NCBI GenBank assembly: GCA_964016885.1
Contig: OZ024742.1
Location: forward strand, 309,814,001-309,878,000
DNA length: 64,000 bases
Origin: Eledone cirrhosa
Lineage: Eukaryota
Reading direction: 5' to 3'
Under the pieces are notes generated by a model, which saw only the letters and a program-made list of their open reading frames with translations, was not told the DNA's origin and did no database searches. Positions 41,597 through 56,715 of the stretch are shown here, in pieces (position 1 is the first letter of the stretch; each line of letters begins with the position of its first letter). A program made the position numbers and the translations under genes.

Positions 41597-41762
41597 AATC
41601 CGTTATAATAAAATCCACGGGGTATAAACAAATTCGTTGTAACAAAAAATTCTTTATAACGAGATCGACCTAACACATCGAGCGTGTGGCCAGGGATTGA
41701 AAAAAATTCGTTTTACTGAAAAATTCGTTATAAGGGTATTCGTTATAATGGAATTTTACCTG
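41597..41762. mobile_element. pogo/Tigger-like MITE, second copy
   Basis: Homologous to 34259-34416. Confidence 0.65.
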
Positions 41763-43043
41763 TATATAGTTCAAGGAGACAAGAAACAGGTAAAAAATAT
41801 CTTATTAGTTTCACGCTTTATATGGAAAAGAAGAAAGAAAGTTGGACGTGTGGGGCTAAGACCTTCTTCAGGAGTACAAAATAGAGACAGGATCACAAAG
41901 GAGAAACAAATCGACGTAGAGGTCCACTCCATGTATGTGTATCTGCATGTGTTTGTGTGGCTGAGTGTATATATGTGTGTGTGTGAGTGTGTGTATATGT
42001 GGTGTATATAAGTTTGTGGGGGTGTATATTTGGTGTATATATTTTTGTTAGGGTGTAAATGTGGTGTATATATGTTTGTAAGGGTGTAAATGTGGTGTAT
42101 ATATGTTTGTGGGGGTGTATATATTTTTATGGGGGTGTATATGTGGTGTATATGTTTGTGGGGTGTATATATTTTTATGGGGGTGTATATATGTTTGTGG
42201 GGGTGTATATATTTTTATGGGGTGTATATGTGGTGTATATATGTTTGTGGGGGTGTATATGTGGTGTATATATGTTTGTGGAGATATATGTGTATGTCTA
42301 TATGTGTATGTATGTGTGTATGTGTATGTGTGTGTGTTTCTCTACTTACTGTTCATAGTTTACAAATAATTTTATCACGTGCCTGATTCAGTAATTAACC
42401 TAGTTTGACACTGACCCTGGTTTAGTTGACCCACAGGCGTGAGGATGTATGCAATGCAATAGAAATTGTTCTATCTACAACATACATTCTGCTTTTATTA
42501 TTGTCGTATGTTGACATTTAAGCGGCGAAGTGGCTGAGTCGCTAGAATGTCGGATGGAATGTTTTGCAGTATTCGTTTCGGCTATCTGCTCTCTGAGTTC
42601 AAATCCCACCAAAGTCAACTCTGCCTTTCATCCTTACGGGGTCGATAAAATAAAATACCAGTCACGCACTGAGGTCGATTTAATCGACTTTCCCCTCCTC
42701 CAAAATTGCTGGCCTTGTGCCTATATAAGAAACCATTATTGTCATATGCTGACATTTAGGCCGCGAAGTGGCTGAGTCGTTAGAATGTCGGATGGAATGT
42801 TTTGCGGTATTCGTTTCGGTTCTCTGCTCTCTGTGTTCAAATCCCACCAAGGTCAACTTTGCCTTTCATCCATTCGAGGTCGATAAAAAAAGTACCAGTC
42901 AAGTACGTGACTGGTACTTTAGTTTATCGACGACGGCGGGATTTGAACTCAGAACGTACAGTGTAGTAAGTAAATTCTGCAAAGCATTTAGTACAAGGCT
43001 CTAATGATTCTTACCAATTCACTAGCCTTAATGTATATATAGA

Positions 43044-43096
<53 letters not shown>

Positions 43097-43595
43097 TGTT
43101 ACACACACACACAAACTAACAAACACACACACACCTCTATCTTAAGAAACACAAACAAACGAATGCACACACACACGCACACATGTTTTTTATATGTAGG
43201 TAAACATGATTAAATATCTAGAAATCTTTCAGGGTTCCTGAAATCGACCTTAGTTCTCAGTAGATTGGTAAGAAGAAGGAGAGGAAAAAGAAGATGAAGT
43301 AGTAGTAGTAGTAGTAGTAGTAGTAATAGTAGTAGCAGAAAAAGAAAAAGAAGAAGCGGTCCTAGATATTCCCAATTTTGAGGACTTTTATGTTTATGTA
43401 CCACAAAATAAACACACACATATATGTAGGTATGAATATACATAGTTATGATTGTGTGTATATATATTAGGAAACCTAAATATATATACACACACACACA
43501 CACGCACACACATACACACACGCACACACACATATATATACGTATGTGACGCTCGCAAGTGCATGTGTGTGTGTGTGTGTGTGAGAGAGAAAGCG

Positions 43596-43626
<31 letters not shown>

Positions 43627-43817
43627 TATATAACATATATATATACAGAGAGAGAGAGAGAGAGTGAGAGAGGGAGAGAGGGAGAGGAGGAGAGTGAGAG
43701 AGGGAGAGGAGGAGAGTGAGAGAGAGAGAGAGATTGTGTATGTATGTAAGAGTGTATGTTTATATGTATGTATCTTCCCCCCTCCAAAAAAAAAATATAT
43801 ATATAGAGAGAGAGATA

Positions 43818-43866
<49 letters not shown>

Positions 43867-44120
43867 AGAGGGAGAGAGAGAGAGACAGAGAACGAGAGAC
43901 AGAGAGTGTATATGTGTGAGTGTATGTTATGAATGTGGGATGGAATTCTTCATATGGAGATAAGAAATTTCTTTGAGAAATAAGCAGAAATATATAGAAA
44001 AGATTATCTCAGGTGATAATAAATACATAAATACACAGATGATTGCTTGACGTGAGATCGAATTTTATGGAGTTATCGTCAAAATAATGGCGATAGCTAC
44101 ACACACATACACATGCATGC

Positions 44121-44237
<117 letters not shown>

Positions 44238-44510
44238 TCGTTTCTGAATTTGTTTAGCAAGATTCTTTATCTGAAAACGTGTGTTGAAACCGATATTGTT
44301 ATGCTTTGGGAGGGTCATGTTGCCAATAAGAAATACACGCACCAGTTGCTTTCACTCAAATTTATTATAAATTAAATTTATAAATTTCCGGTTGGTTGGT
44401 TGGTTCCACAACCGGACGGTTGTTCATATATATATATAGTCTAAAGAAAACGAAAAATCAGACACGGGTAGTTTTTATCATGTGATAAAATTTTCTCCGA
44501 ACGAACTACC

Positions 44511-44601
44511 CGTGTCTGAAGGAACCTGCAGCCGTAGAATCAGCCAGATCCATACAGGGACCATGTCTCGGGCTACCTGCCGGCGAAACAATTGTAACAC
44601 G
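44511..44601 (+). ncRNA. Hammerhead ribozyme-like motif with long stem II
   Basis: cgtgt-CTGAAGG...gccg...cggc-GAAA-caattg-TA-acacg. 5-bp stem I, palindromic stem III, core position A9 altered. Confidence 0.55.
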
Positions 44602-44732
44602 CAATAAATTGAGTCCAGATGCATCACTGATTTTTCGTTTTCTTTATACTATCTACACTCTACTCTGCTGAATATTGAGTGCTAATTTTGGCATACCGCC
44701 TATGGAAGCACCATTGCTACCATTATACACAA

Positions 44733-44791
<59 letters not shown>

Positions 44792-44795
<4 letters not shown>

Positions 44796-45567
44796 AATAT
44801 GGGTTTGTTTTTATTGATTTATTATTTTAAATCGAGACAGGCAAACTATATTTATTTGAATTAGTTTATTTCATTCTAGCTAACTTGGTCATTTACAATA
44901 CAAACACGTATGTGTTTATCATATATTAATTTATATTAACTTGTATTTCACGGCTCAGAAATGCTTCTTTCTTTGAGCTAATTAATTGTAAAAGACTGTT
45001 TGAGTTTAGAACTCTAAATATAATATAATATTACGGCTCCTTTTGTTGAGCTAAATTTTAATCCCATATAAACGGCTGTTATTTCTAGCACCATGAGTAT
45101 GGGGTTAGCTGGTGAGCTGGAAAACCACGTGCGTTTGCGCTTGTACGCCAGACCTCCAAAAATATTTCGAGGTGAAACATCCTAATTTTCTGGATACTTG
45201 TTGATGAACACAGAAAATGGAATCTTTCACTTTTTTATACTATCGTTGCGAAACTTATTTGGGTTTTGAAATTCAAATTTGTCTGCGGAACAGGTTTGGA
45301 TTTTGAAATTTAAATTTGTCCAGGTATCACGGTTATTGCCAATATGGGTTTGTTTTTATTGATTTATTATTTTAAATCGAGACAGGCAAACTATATTTAT
45401 TTGAATTAGTTTATTTCATTCTAGCTAACTTGGTCATTTACAATACAAACACGTATGTGTTTATCATATATTAATTTATATTAACTTGTATTTCACGGCT
45501 CAGAAATGCTTCTTTCTTTGAGCTAATTAATTGTAAAAGACTGTTTGAGTTTATAACTCTAAATATA

Positions 45568-45576
<9 letters not shown>
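44792..45576. mobile_element. TA-flanked element with about 240-bp direct terminal repeats
   Basis: 44792-45031 recurs almost identically at 45337-45576 (period 545) around a unique segment of about 305 bp. Confidence 0.7.
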
Positions 45577-45608
<32 letters not shown>

Positions 45609-45614
<6 letters not shown>

Positions 45615-45771
45615 AAGGAAATGTGGTAAGGAACCAGATGGATCATAACGCACCAGAGTACTCAATACTTAGAGTAATAGAGTGGGAAATAGGAAAAAGT
45701 ATGACCCCGACGGCAGAACTCAAGCCGTCGAAACGGCTTGAGCTCTGCCGTCTGGGTCATACTTTTTCCTA
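45609..45771 (-). mobile_element. Fold-back family A element with collapsed centre
   Basis: Family tail plus a palindrome aggaaaaagtatgaccc...gggtcatactttttcct. Confidence 0.75.
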
Positions 45772-46026
45772 TATATATATATATGTTATTGTAGGTTCAC
45801 TTCTGTGTCGAGGTGTAGAGCTAGACAGAGTGTAGTATACAGAGTGTGTGTGTTTATATACTATTTGAAACTCTTACTGATTTCAGTCATGAGATTCCAA
45901 TACTTACTTTTCAAGTGTGGTACTTATTTTATCGATCTTTATTTGTCGGACTGCTATGTTACGGGACATAAAAAAAAACAATTAACGTTAATACAGATAC
46001 GAATAAATAACCACACACGCATATAA

Positions 46027-46074
<48 letters not shown>

Positions 46075-46108
46075 GCGAGCGCGCGCACACACACACACAC
46101 ACACACAC

Positions 46109-46142
<34 letters not shown>

Positions 46143-46262
46143 ATTCATTATGAGCCGGAGTTTATTGTAGAAAACTACGTACATGAGGTGCCGCGAGGCG
46201 GCACTGAAACCGAAACTACGTGGTTATGAAAGGGGCTCCTTAACCACCCCATACATACATAC

Positions 46263-46805
46263 ATGGTGGCTGCCAACGCGTTTTCGAGTACGGCCACTAC
46301 TTTATATCCATGCAGGAGAACCCTACCGATGGGCTGAACGAATGTGACTTTTTAGTCCGGCCAGCAACTTGAAAACTCTGGTACAAACACTACACTTGTG
46401 ACAATTATTGACACATAGTGCTGGGCCCATGGTACCATGTGACGACAAGTGCTGAGAGATCTCCAGATATAAAGCAATGCCTGTGCCGTGAAGCTTTTAT
46501 AGTGAGCAAAGGCACTACACAAAGCCAGTCCCACTCTCTTAACCAAGATGATATTTACCAAAAAGAAGAACAAGTCAACGTCATCGGATACCACCACCAG
46601 GGTTGCAGGGGTTATATCAGAGTTTTCCGTCTCCTAGAATTCTGCCTTGACAAAGGCTAAGGGGTCATCTCTCCCGCTGATTTTGGATGGCCATTGACTC
46701 TTAAGAGCTCCTTTGCCCTTTGAGAGGTTTTGTTTTTAGTCTTGCAGGATGTCCAAAGTCACCTTCCTCACCAAGAAACCTTGGTGGGGTGGCCAGTTTA
46801 GTCGC
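46263..46805 (-). mobile_element. Second copy of the bipartite RTE-like derivative, slightly 5'-truncated
   Basis: Reverse complement of about 15836-16377, flanked by (CATA)n. Confidence 0.7.
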
Positions 46806-47061
46806 ATACATACTTACATGCATACTTACATACATACACACATACATACATACATGCATACATGCATACATGCATACATACATACATACATATTCACATA
46901 CATACATGCATACATACATATATACATACATACAAACATACATACATACATATATACATATTTACATACTTACATACATTGATACATGCATACATATATA
47001 CATACATGCACACATATATACCGTGCATACACATGTATAATATATATACATATATATGTGC

Positions 47062-47957
47062 ACTAGCAGTGGTACCCGGCGTTGCACGGGATAATGTATT
47101 TTGGAAAGCGGGCCGCCAACAGACCTAATCGTGGAAAAACTGCATGCCTGGACAATATGTAAAGAAAATAAACCGAATACTCTGATGGCTGGATAAGCTG
47201 TAAGATTTTTCCCGATGAAGCAGGAAAAATGCAGGTTTTCACCTAGGGGATCAAAAAAATGAATTTTCTTTATGAGCACAATATGCCTTGAAATTTCGGG
47301 AAAAATCGGTGAGGCGTAACGCCTCCAAAATGCCCTAAAAAGTTGAAAAAATGAAGTTTTTCACCTAATGCGGGCCCTAGGCCATAAAAAAGTTGGATTT
47401 TCTTTGCTCACGGTATGAAGAAGAGACTGACTAATACATAGTTACAATTTCAAGGAAATCGGTATGACGTAACGCCTCAAAAACCCATAAAAACCTGAAA
47501 AAACGCAGTATTTCACCTAATCCGGGCCCTAGGAGATCAACATTTTTTTTATGTGCATAACACTCCCTGAAACATAAGTAATACACATGTAAAGTTTGAA
47601 AAAAATCGGTTGGTACTTCTCGAGTTTTAGGGATGCAAACTCACAGACACACACACAGAGACAGACATCCTCAGGGAAGTGACGTAATGCAGACATACAG
47701 ATATACAGACAGATATTATAAGGGCGCGACGTTATATGTATGTATCTATCTAAAAGGGAGAAAGACTAATAATTATAGAGAGAGATTCCTAAATCGCCTA
47801 ATGTGGTCCCTAGGGCATTGAAAATTTGATAACACTCCCTGAAACATAAGTATTATATGTGTAAAGTTTGAAAACAGTCGGTTGGGTGGTTCTCGAGCTT
47901 TTGGGATTCAAACTCACACACACACAGACAGACATCCTCAGTTTTATATATATAGAT
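47062..47957. mobile_element. Helentron/DINE-1-like non-autonomous element
   Basis: One end has actagcagtggtacccggcgttgcacggg (hairpin) and the other has acagacagacatcctcagttttatatatatagat. Internal sub-repeats include ttttcacctaat.cgggccctagg and gtaaagtttgaaaa..tcggttgg. Confidence 0.6.
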
Positions 47958-47958
47958 G

Positions 47959-48114
<156 letters not shown>

Positions 48115-48256
48115 TATATCAATATATATGTATACAATCATGCACATATATATATACGTATAAAATACATTCATATGTATACACACACTAACATTATACA
48201 CCTAAGCCGATATATATATATACAAACGTTCACTCGAATATGAACATATATATCTT

Positions 48257-48340
<84 letters not shown>

Positions 48341-48489
48341 TGTGTGTGTGTGTGAATGTTAGTGTTTTAGTAACATAAAGTAAATATGAAGAGACGATGT
48401 ATTTTTGTTAAAATAACACAACTTGACGAATTCAGCAAACCAACAGGAGGCTGTCAGTGTGTTTTAGTAACACACTCACATACACATGT

Positions 48490-49140
<651 letters not shown>

Positions 49141-49296
49141 TAGAAAGAATGAAATATACATTACTACTTCTTCAAGTGATATCCAGGAGCAAAGGGTACA
49201 GCTATAGATGGAGGATATCAAATGATCGTGATGTACAGATAGATAGAAGATAAACGAAGATATATCTATATTTGTCTGTGTGTTTGGTCACTATGC

Positions 49297-49389
<93 letters not shown>

Positions 49390-49540
49390 TTACATATATA
49401 TGTATGTGTGTGTCTGGTTGTTTGTGTGTGTCTGTGTGTTTGGTTAGTTGAAATGGAACGCAGAACAAACCACAAAAACCTTTCCGTTCATCAGCTACTC
49501 ATACCGGGTGACCTCAGTATGTGACACACACACACACACA

Positions 49541-49646
<106 letters not shown>

Positions 49647-50868
49647 CATATACACACACAAACAGTAATACCTCTCTTAGCGCTCAGTTGGCGCTGATTC
49701 GCTCTTGCGCTATTTTCTCTACGATACAACATTTTAGTGGGATAGCTGTATATTATAACAATTGTATGCTAATATGTATGAAATCTTGATTTTCACTTAT
49801 GGATACTACTTCATATACTTATATATTTTGACACAAGGAGCCGAAAAATCACCGCGCTAGATGTAAAACTAATTTTTGAGGAGATTGGATGTTGCCTATC
49901 GTAAAGCGTATGTAGGAAAAGCTGGAAACGTAGCCATACTAACGATTAAAAAATATAAATAAATTATAAGCTTCTGCCATAACGACCCATAGTTATTAGC
50001 AAAGAAGTTGACTCGTTTAAGGAGTAAATTCTGAGGAAACAATGGAAGGTATGCTTGCTATATAGGGATTTGACGAAACGCGACGCGACATGCCACTAAT
50101 CGAAATGGCAATGAAAAACTAAGAAACATCTTAAGACATTTGCAATAAGCAGGAGAATTCAGACGAAGCGTTCACAGCAAGCGAATGTGGGTTTTAACAA
50201 TTCAAACAACGGTAAAAGCCAAACAATATTCTGTCTAGTGAATCTGCATGTCCAAACAGCCAAGCAATTAAGAAATGTCTCAAGGTTCTTAAAAGTATCA
50301 TCAAGCGTGGCAATTTCTTCCTCCAAGTTGTATTTTCATCTCCAGAGAAGAGGAAGGCAAATAAACACGCTTCTTGTTTCAAAGTAGGAACAATCTGTTA
50401 AATCTGACTGCTACTTAGCGATAATGTTTCAAGCAGAAAAATTAGAGTTAATAAAAGAAACTTCTGGCTGTGATTTAGAAATCAAACAAGGAAGCCTGGG
50501 TGACAAGACAATACAAATTTTCCCAAAATTGTTTTCTACATCTTCTTGTGACACTTAACTCCGCCAGTTGCAGACTGCGCATCAACATGTGATATCCCTC
50601 TCTACAAAGTTCGACCACCAGCAGGAGAGTTCAAAGAGCAAAGAGCAAAGATCAAGTCCAGTTCATAAGTTGATATTGTCAAGCCATCGTTTTAGCTGCC
50701 GGCCTCTGCTTCTCTTACCAGCTAACTTTCCTTCCAGGCATAACCTACTCATACTCATATTCAATGCTGAAACATAATTACGTAGAACATAAGCTAAAGC
50801 AATTCTGGTTTGGTTGATAAAAATCTACGTAGAATATTGATATCCTTCAGACTTTAGGCCGTTGTTCG

Positions 50869-51329
50869 ATGGGCACAAAGAAACGAACCAGAACGAAGTT
50901 GCTGGTCCGGCTGGGGAAAATGCCGTCAGAAGCGCTCGGAATATTGCAGGAAGTGTATGGAGATGAGACGATGTCGCGTACACGGGTTTTCGAGTGACAC
51001 GAAGGGTTCAAAGGAGACACGAGGACGTGGAAGACGATCACAGGAGAAGAAGCCTTCAACGAGAATGACTGAAGCTAACATTGAGCGCATGAATCATGTG
51101 ATGCCTGTCGATCGTCAGCTAACTGCTTGACTGATCGCAAGTGAGCTGGGCATGAACCGCAACAGCGTTTGGTAAATTATCACCGAAGATGTGGTCATGC
51201 AGATCTGCGCGAAGATGGTGCCGAAGCTGTTGAACGATGACTAGAAGGAGCAGCGCATGCAGGTGTGTCAGGACCAGACCTGCTGGGAAGAGTCATTACC
51301 GGTGATGAGTTATGGACCTTCAAATACGA
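50869..51329 (+). pseudogene. Mariner transposase N-terminal fragment
   Basis: LGKMPSEALGILQEVYGDETMSRTRVFE*H...DVEDD...PST...[10 protein letters not shown]...VITGDELW, with stops and frameshifts. Confidence 0.88.
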
Positions 51330-51367
51330 AGGTGGGGTCGGGCAAAAATGGAGAAGGGAAGGATAAA

Positions 51368-51421
<54 letters not shown>

Positions 51422-51425
51422 TTAT

Positions 51426-51515
<90 letters not shown>

Positions 51516-52115
51516 ATAATAAATATGAAGACTAAAATCCGAAGAGGGCTCGATAAGGATTATATATATATAAAAAATATATATAAACCCGTAGAACAAA
51601 TATTTATTATAAGAACAGATTAAAGTTGAAGCAAAGAATCGCTGCTTTCGTCCTTAACGGAATCTTCTGAAACTAAAAGAATCAATCTGTGGATGCAGAG
51701 GTAAATATTTCGAAAAACGTTACAACCGAAGGAAAACAGGAAGACGATACTTTGGTTCGTGAAGACGTTCCCTGGCAAGGAACGGAAAAAAAAGCGAGGA
51801 CAATTTCTTGCAATTTTAATAACCTCTGTCATTTTCGTTTACAACTTTATTTACATTATTCTGGCCAAGTAGAAACAATTATTCTTAAACTCTGGAGCTG
51901 GAAATCATTCTGTTATTCTAAATAGAATATTAGTCTAACGTCTCCTTTCATACCATAAACGTGTTTTTGTCTTTGCAAGAAATCGTTCTCATCGCTCCAC
52001 ATAACAGCGTAATTATCCTCGCTTATTCCCCGTTCATTGCGAGGGAACGTCTTCACAATATCGGTTTCAACACACGTTTTCAGATAAAGAATCTTGCTAA
52101 ACAAATTCAGAAACG

Positions 52116-52154
<39 letters not shown>

Positions 52155-53755
52155 CACACACACACTCAGAATGTATGTACGTTTCGTTAGCTATATACTC
52201 CAACCATGTCAGTATACATGTCTATTTGCATAACATGTTATAACTATCATTACACACACACACACATATGCACACACTAGCACGTCCATACACAACAAAA
52301 TACTTTATCCAGATATATGCTGTGTGTGTTTATGTGTATGTTTAGGTATGAGTAGGTCTTGAAAACTAAACACGTTCTGTCAGTGATTGTATTAGGTATT
52401 TGTACAGCTAACACAGGCTTACATAAATACAGATACACACATACACACACTCGCACTCACACATACATAGACACACACACACACCCAAACACATATATAC
52501 ATACATTCACACTCTCATAAACACACATGCACGAACACACGCACACACACACAGACACACACACACGCATGTATATATACATACACACCCATATACACAA
52601 CCACATACACAAACGTATACAAACATATATATATATATATACATACACACTCTCACACACACACACACACATATACATACATACACATTCACACACACAC
52701 ACTCGCACACACACACACATATATATATACACAACCACATACACAAACGTGTATGAAACTTTCTCATATAAATACATTCTTTTCTTTTGGCAGCGAACTT
52801 ATAGTCGTTATTTTTGTTACTGTTGTTGTATTTGATGTTGTTGTTGTTGTTGTTGTTGTTGCTGCTGCTGCTGTCATTGTTGTTGTTATTGATGACGCTG
52901 TTGCTGTTGCTGTTACTGTTGTTGATGCTAAAGTTGTTGTTAATAACGTTGTTTTTGTTGTTAACGTCGTCGTCGTAGTCGTCGTCGTCGTTGTTGTTGT
53001 AGTTATTGATGCTGCTGCTGATGCTGTCGTTGTTGTTGTTGTCGCCGTTGTTGTTGTTGTTGTTGTTGTTGTTGTCGCCGCCGTCGTCGTCGTTGTTAAT
53101 AGTTATTCTACAGTCCAGGTCGATTTAACCTTATCAATATAGAACCAACTTCGGTGAAGAAAATATTCGGGATTTACCCGGAAACATAAACACAAATGTC
53201 ATATATTGACGTAACATAGCTGAGAAACAAAACAAAACAACAACGATAACAACATTATTATTATTATGGTTATGGTAGATTGGCAGTATTGGTAGTATTG
53301 GTAGAGCGTCGGACAATATGCTTTGCGACATAGAGTTACGGCCCTTTACGTTCTGAGTTCAAATCCCGCCGAAGTTAACTTTGCCTTTCATCCTTACGGG
53401 GTCTCAATAAAATAAGGCACCAGTAATGCACTGGGGTAATTGCTGGCCTTGTGCCAAAAGTAGAAACAATTATTATTGCAATTATTATTGACTACTGACG
53501 TGGAAGCCACGCTTAACATCAGCTCCGGAAATTTCTATTGATTTTATTTATTTTAACAGTCTTTAATATTTTGATATAGTTTTAAACTTGACAATAGTCT
53601 GGAGCAACTGATCTGCTTGGTACAGGTGGGGCAGTCGTGTTGATACGACGCCCCACTATGGGGGTATCGGGTTTGTGAATTTTGCAAAAAGATTTTAAGA
53701 AAAAGTTTATAAACATGGGAACTGCAACCGAGCTGGAACAACGCAGCGAAACATG

Positions 53756-53847
<92 letters not shown>

Positions 53848-54076
53848 GATCGAGTATCGAAAAATCGGCGCACGAGTTCACGATAAACAATATTCGAAAT
53901 GAGCGGCAGAGGGCTCAATAATTCAGATGAATCAGAGCTATAACTATCGTTAAAATACCGTCACATATAGAACAAGTCTACAATCAACCATACGATAAAA
54001 AATCGATAATAGAAGATTCGGGACAAACAGATAAAAAATATCAATAAAACAATACATCAATAATTTAAATGAATGT

Positions 54077-54158
<82 letters not shown>

Positions 54159-54339
54159 TTATGTACAGCTGAAACGAAGAGAAGGGACGACAGCGCCTCT
54201 ATAATGGAGATGGACTAACAAAATCAAAACCATATTATTTTTAATAATATGGTTTCAAATACACAAAATACAAATAATGTGAAAACATCCAACAAGAATA
54301 ACAACAATGATAACAACAATAACAACACCCACATGCATC

Positions 54340-54457
<118 letters not shown>

Positions 54458-55069
54458 GAACAATATATCTTCAGTGACAGTTATGATCAACGCAATGTCG
54501 GTGGCCCGACTGAGGAAGGAGCCACGTGAGGTGAGGTGGCTGCTGCAATGCGTGTAGCTGACCATTGTTCGCGGGAACGCTTTTACGGTCTTGTCCGCAT
54601 GGTGCAGCCCCATTACAATCGCACCCTAGGCCTGGAGCCCATCACCTTCCCCCTTTCCCCTTCCCCATTCTTCTGTGACATTAGAGCTCTTGCTTTCCCC
54701 TTCCTTTCCCGTTTTTTAAAACTACATTACACACACTGCATTGAAACTTACATACATCTATAATTATTTGTTAGAGAGTTTTAGCATTACCGAAATGTGT
54801 CTAACGTTATCAATATGCTTACAACAGATTAGATTCATTTCACATTGCATTCATCCATTCAACATTTTATTAATTTGAATTTTAGAGTTATCTCTCTTAC
54901 CTTTCTTCATAAGCATTATCATTAAAGCTATTGATTTTTCTCTTGATTATAGATCTAATTTTAATCAATCAATTTTTTTTATCTTACTACATTAAATATG
55001 CTAGTCCCGACTTTACTATATGTTCCACACGCAGACGATATCTGAAGGAAATTTCCCCAGTAATTACTT

Positions 55070-55640
55070 TATAAATTGCTATAAAACTGTTTTTTAAAGC
55101 AAACAATTTTAAGAGATTTTCAGAATGACTGCTTAAAATTTTTTAAAGACTAATTTTGTAAGCACTGTTTTAAAACTGTTTTAAAACTATCTTAGGTTGT
55201 CCTAAATCTGTTAACAAAGTGCTTCTAAAACAGATTTACAAACAGATTTCTTTAAAACAGTTTTACAAACAGACTGTTTTAAACTGTTTTACAAATACTT
55301 AAAGGGGCTGCTGTAAAAATGTTTTGCAAACAAACTTTATAACTATTTTGTAAATAGAATGCCTCAAAACTGTTTTATTAACTAATTTATTTAAACTGTT
55401 TTATAAACTACTTTAAGTGGATTTACAGAATGTTGTAAAACTATTTTACAAACAGATTGCTGTAAAGTTATTTTGCAAACATATTGTTTCAAAACTGTTT
55501 TACAAACATACTGCATTAAAACTGTTTTACAGGTAGACTGAACCTGCTATAAAACTATTTTACAGACAAACAAATTGAAGACTAGTAAACAGACAGTTTT
55601 AAAACCATTTTGCAGACGACTTTAAAACTGACTTTAAACG
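55070..55640 (+). repeat. Degenerate tandem array of aaaactgttttacaaac-like units
   Basis: Recurrent aaaactgtttt / aaactatttt motifs at roughly 30-bp spacing. Confidence 0.65.
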
Positions 55641-56194
55641 AACTCTTATACTATTATCAAAACTGCATCTGTCATAGACAGATTATGTATAAACGGAGAT
55701 GGTATAGTAACTTTGTGTTGTATCAGATGAAAGAATGGTATTTAACTAATGTATTGGTACGCGATGGGGCCCACCCACAGCCCCGGCGGACAGAATGGAG
55801 AAGGCGTTTCCCCGGAGGACGGCAAGGGAGACGCGATGGAAAAGCCACTCCAACTCGCGGGGCTCATGCCTGGGACGTGTGTTATAATTTTGCGCATGCA
55901 GGCCGAAACTAGATCTAAACAGCAAAATTATCAAAATAAAAATAACTATTTACTATAAAAGCCAGAACAGACGAATGGGCTAGGTAGACAAGTTGGTATT
56001 GGCCTACGATTTTAAGGGCATACTGACCTCAAGTTTTAGTCTGTTCTGTTACTTGTATATACATCATACCTACTAAATATACATCTATATACTCGTGGCC
56101 CATACATAAATCATATGTTTTAACACTGATTAATAAAATATTTTATAGGAATTAATATCAAAAATTGTGTGCTCATGTGTGGAGGTGCTATAAA

Positions 56195-56351
56195 CAGGGG
56201 CGGTGGAAGCATTTCTAAATTTGGTGGTAGTGGTGGGGGTGTGTGGCACATTTGGAAAGTTTAGTTGTAGTGATTAGTTTAGCTCTTTGCACTCTAAAAT
56301 GGTGAGAAAACATCGATATGCGATAAACATAACATGTACATAAATTTGTAC

Positions 56352-56413
<62 letters not shown>

Positions 56414-56715
56414 CTTTAAGTCGTTTGGAAGCCTCGACAATGCAGATATATAATATATATGTATATATATTCATTTATTATGGCTATTGGTGAAATTTGT
56501 TACTCTAAAGATTCAACTGCGCACTCACAGGATCACCAGTCTTGTCTGGTGAGTACGTAGGTGAGAGTAATAAGGCTTAGCCATAATAAATGAATATTTA
56601 AACTCTACTTCGGTATTGAGTTTTCATTCTTACGCCCGTCAATAATTGCTCTCACCCCCCGCTTATTAATTTGTCAGCATGGTTCCCCTGGCCCCCACCA
56701 GTTGCACCGCCCCTT
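56195..56715. mobile_element. Non-autonomous DNA transposon (hAT-like termini)
   Basis: Ends caggggcggtggaa / ttgcaccgcccct, with tataaa repeated at both flanks. Confidence 0.5.

Noticed and set aside
42000-42290. GVY-repeat ORFs
   Set aside because: Degenerate gtggtgtatatatgtttgtggg minisatellite.
49759-49773. caATTGTATGCTAAT, resembling the compressed Sox17/Oct4 composite motif
   Set aside because: A single imperfect AT-rich match is expected by chance in this composition, and I have no conservation evidence.
52753-53142. Val/Ala-rich 129-aa ORF resembling a membrane protein
   Set aside because: Degenerate (GTT/GTC/GCT)n trinucleotide repeat.
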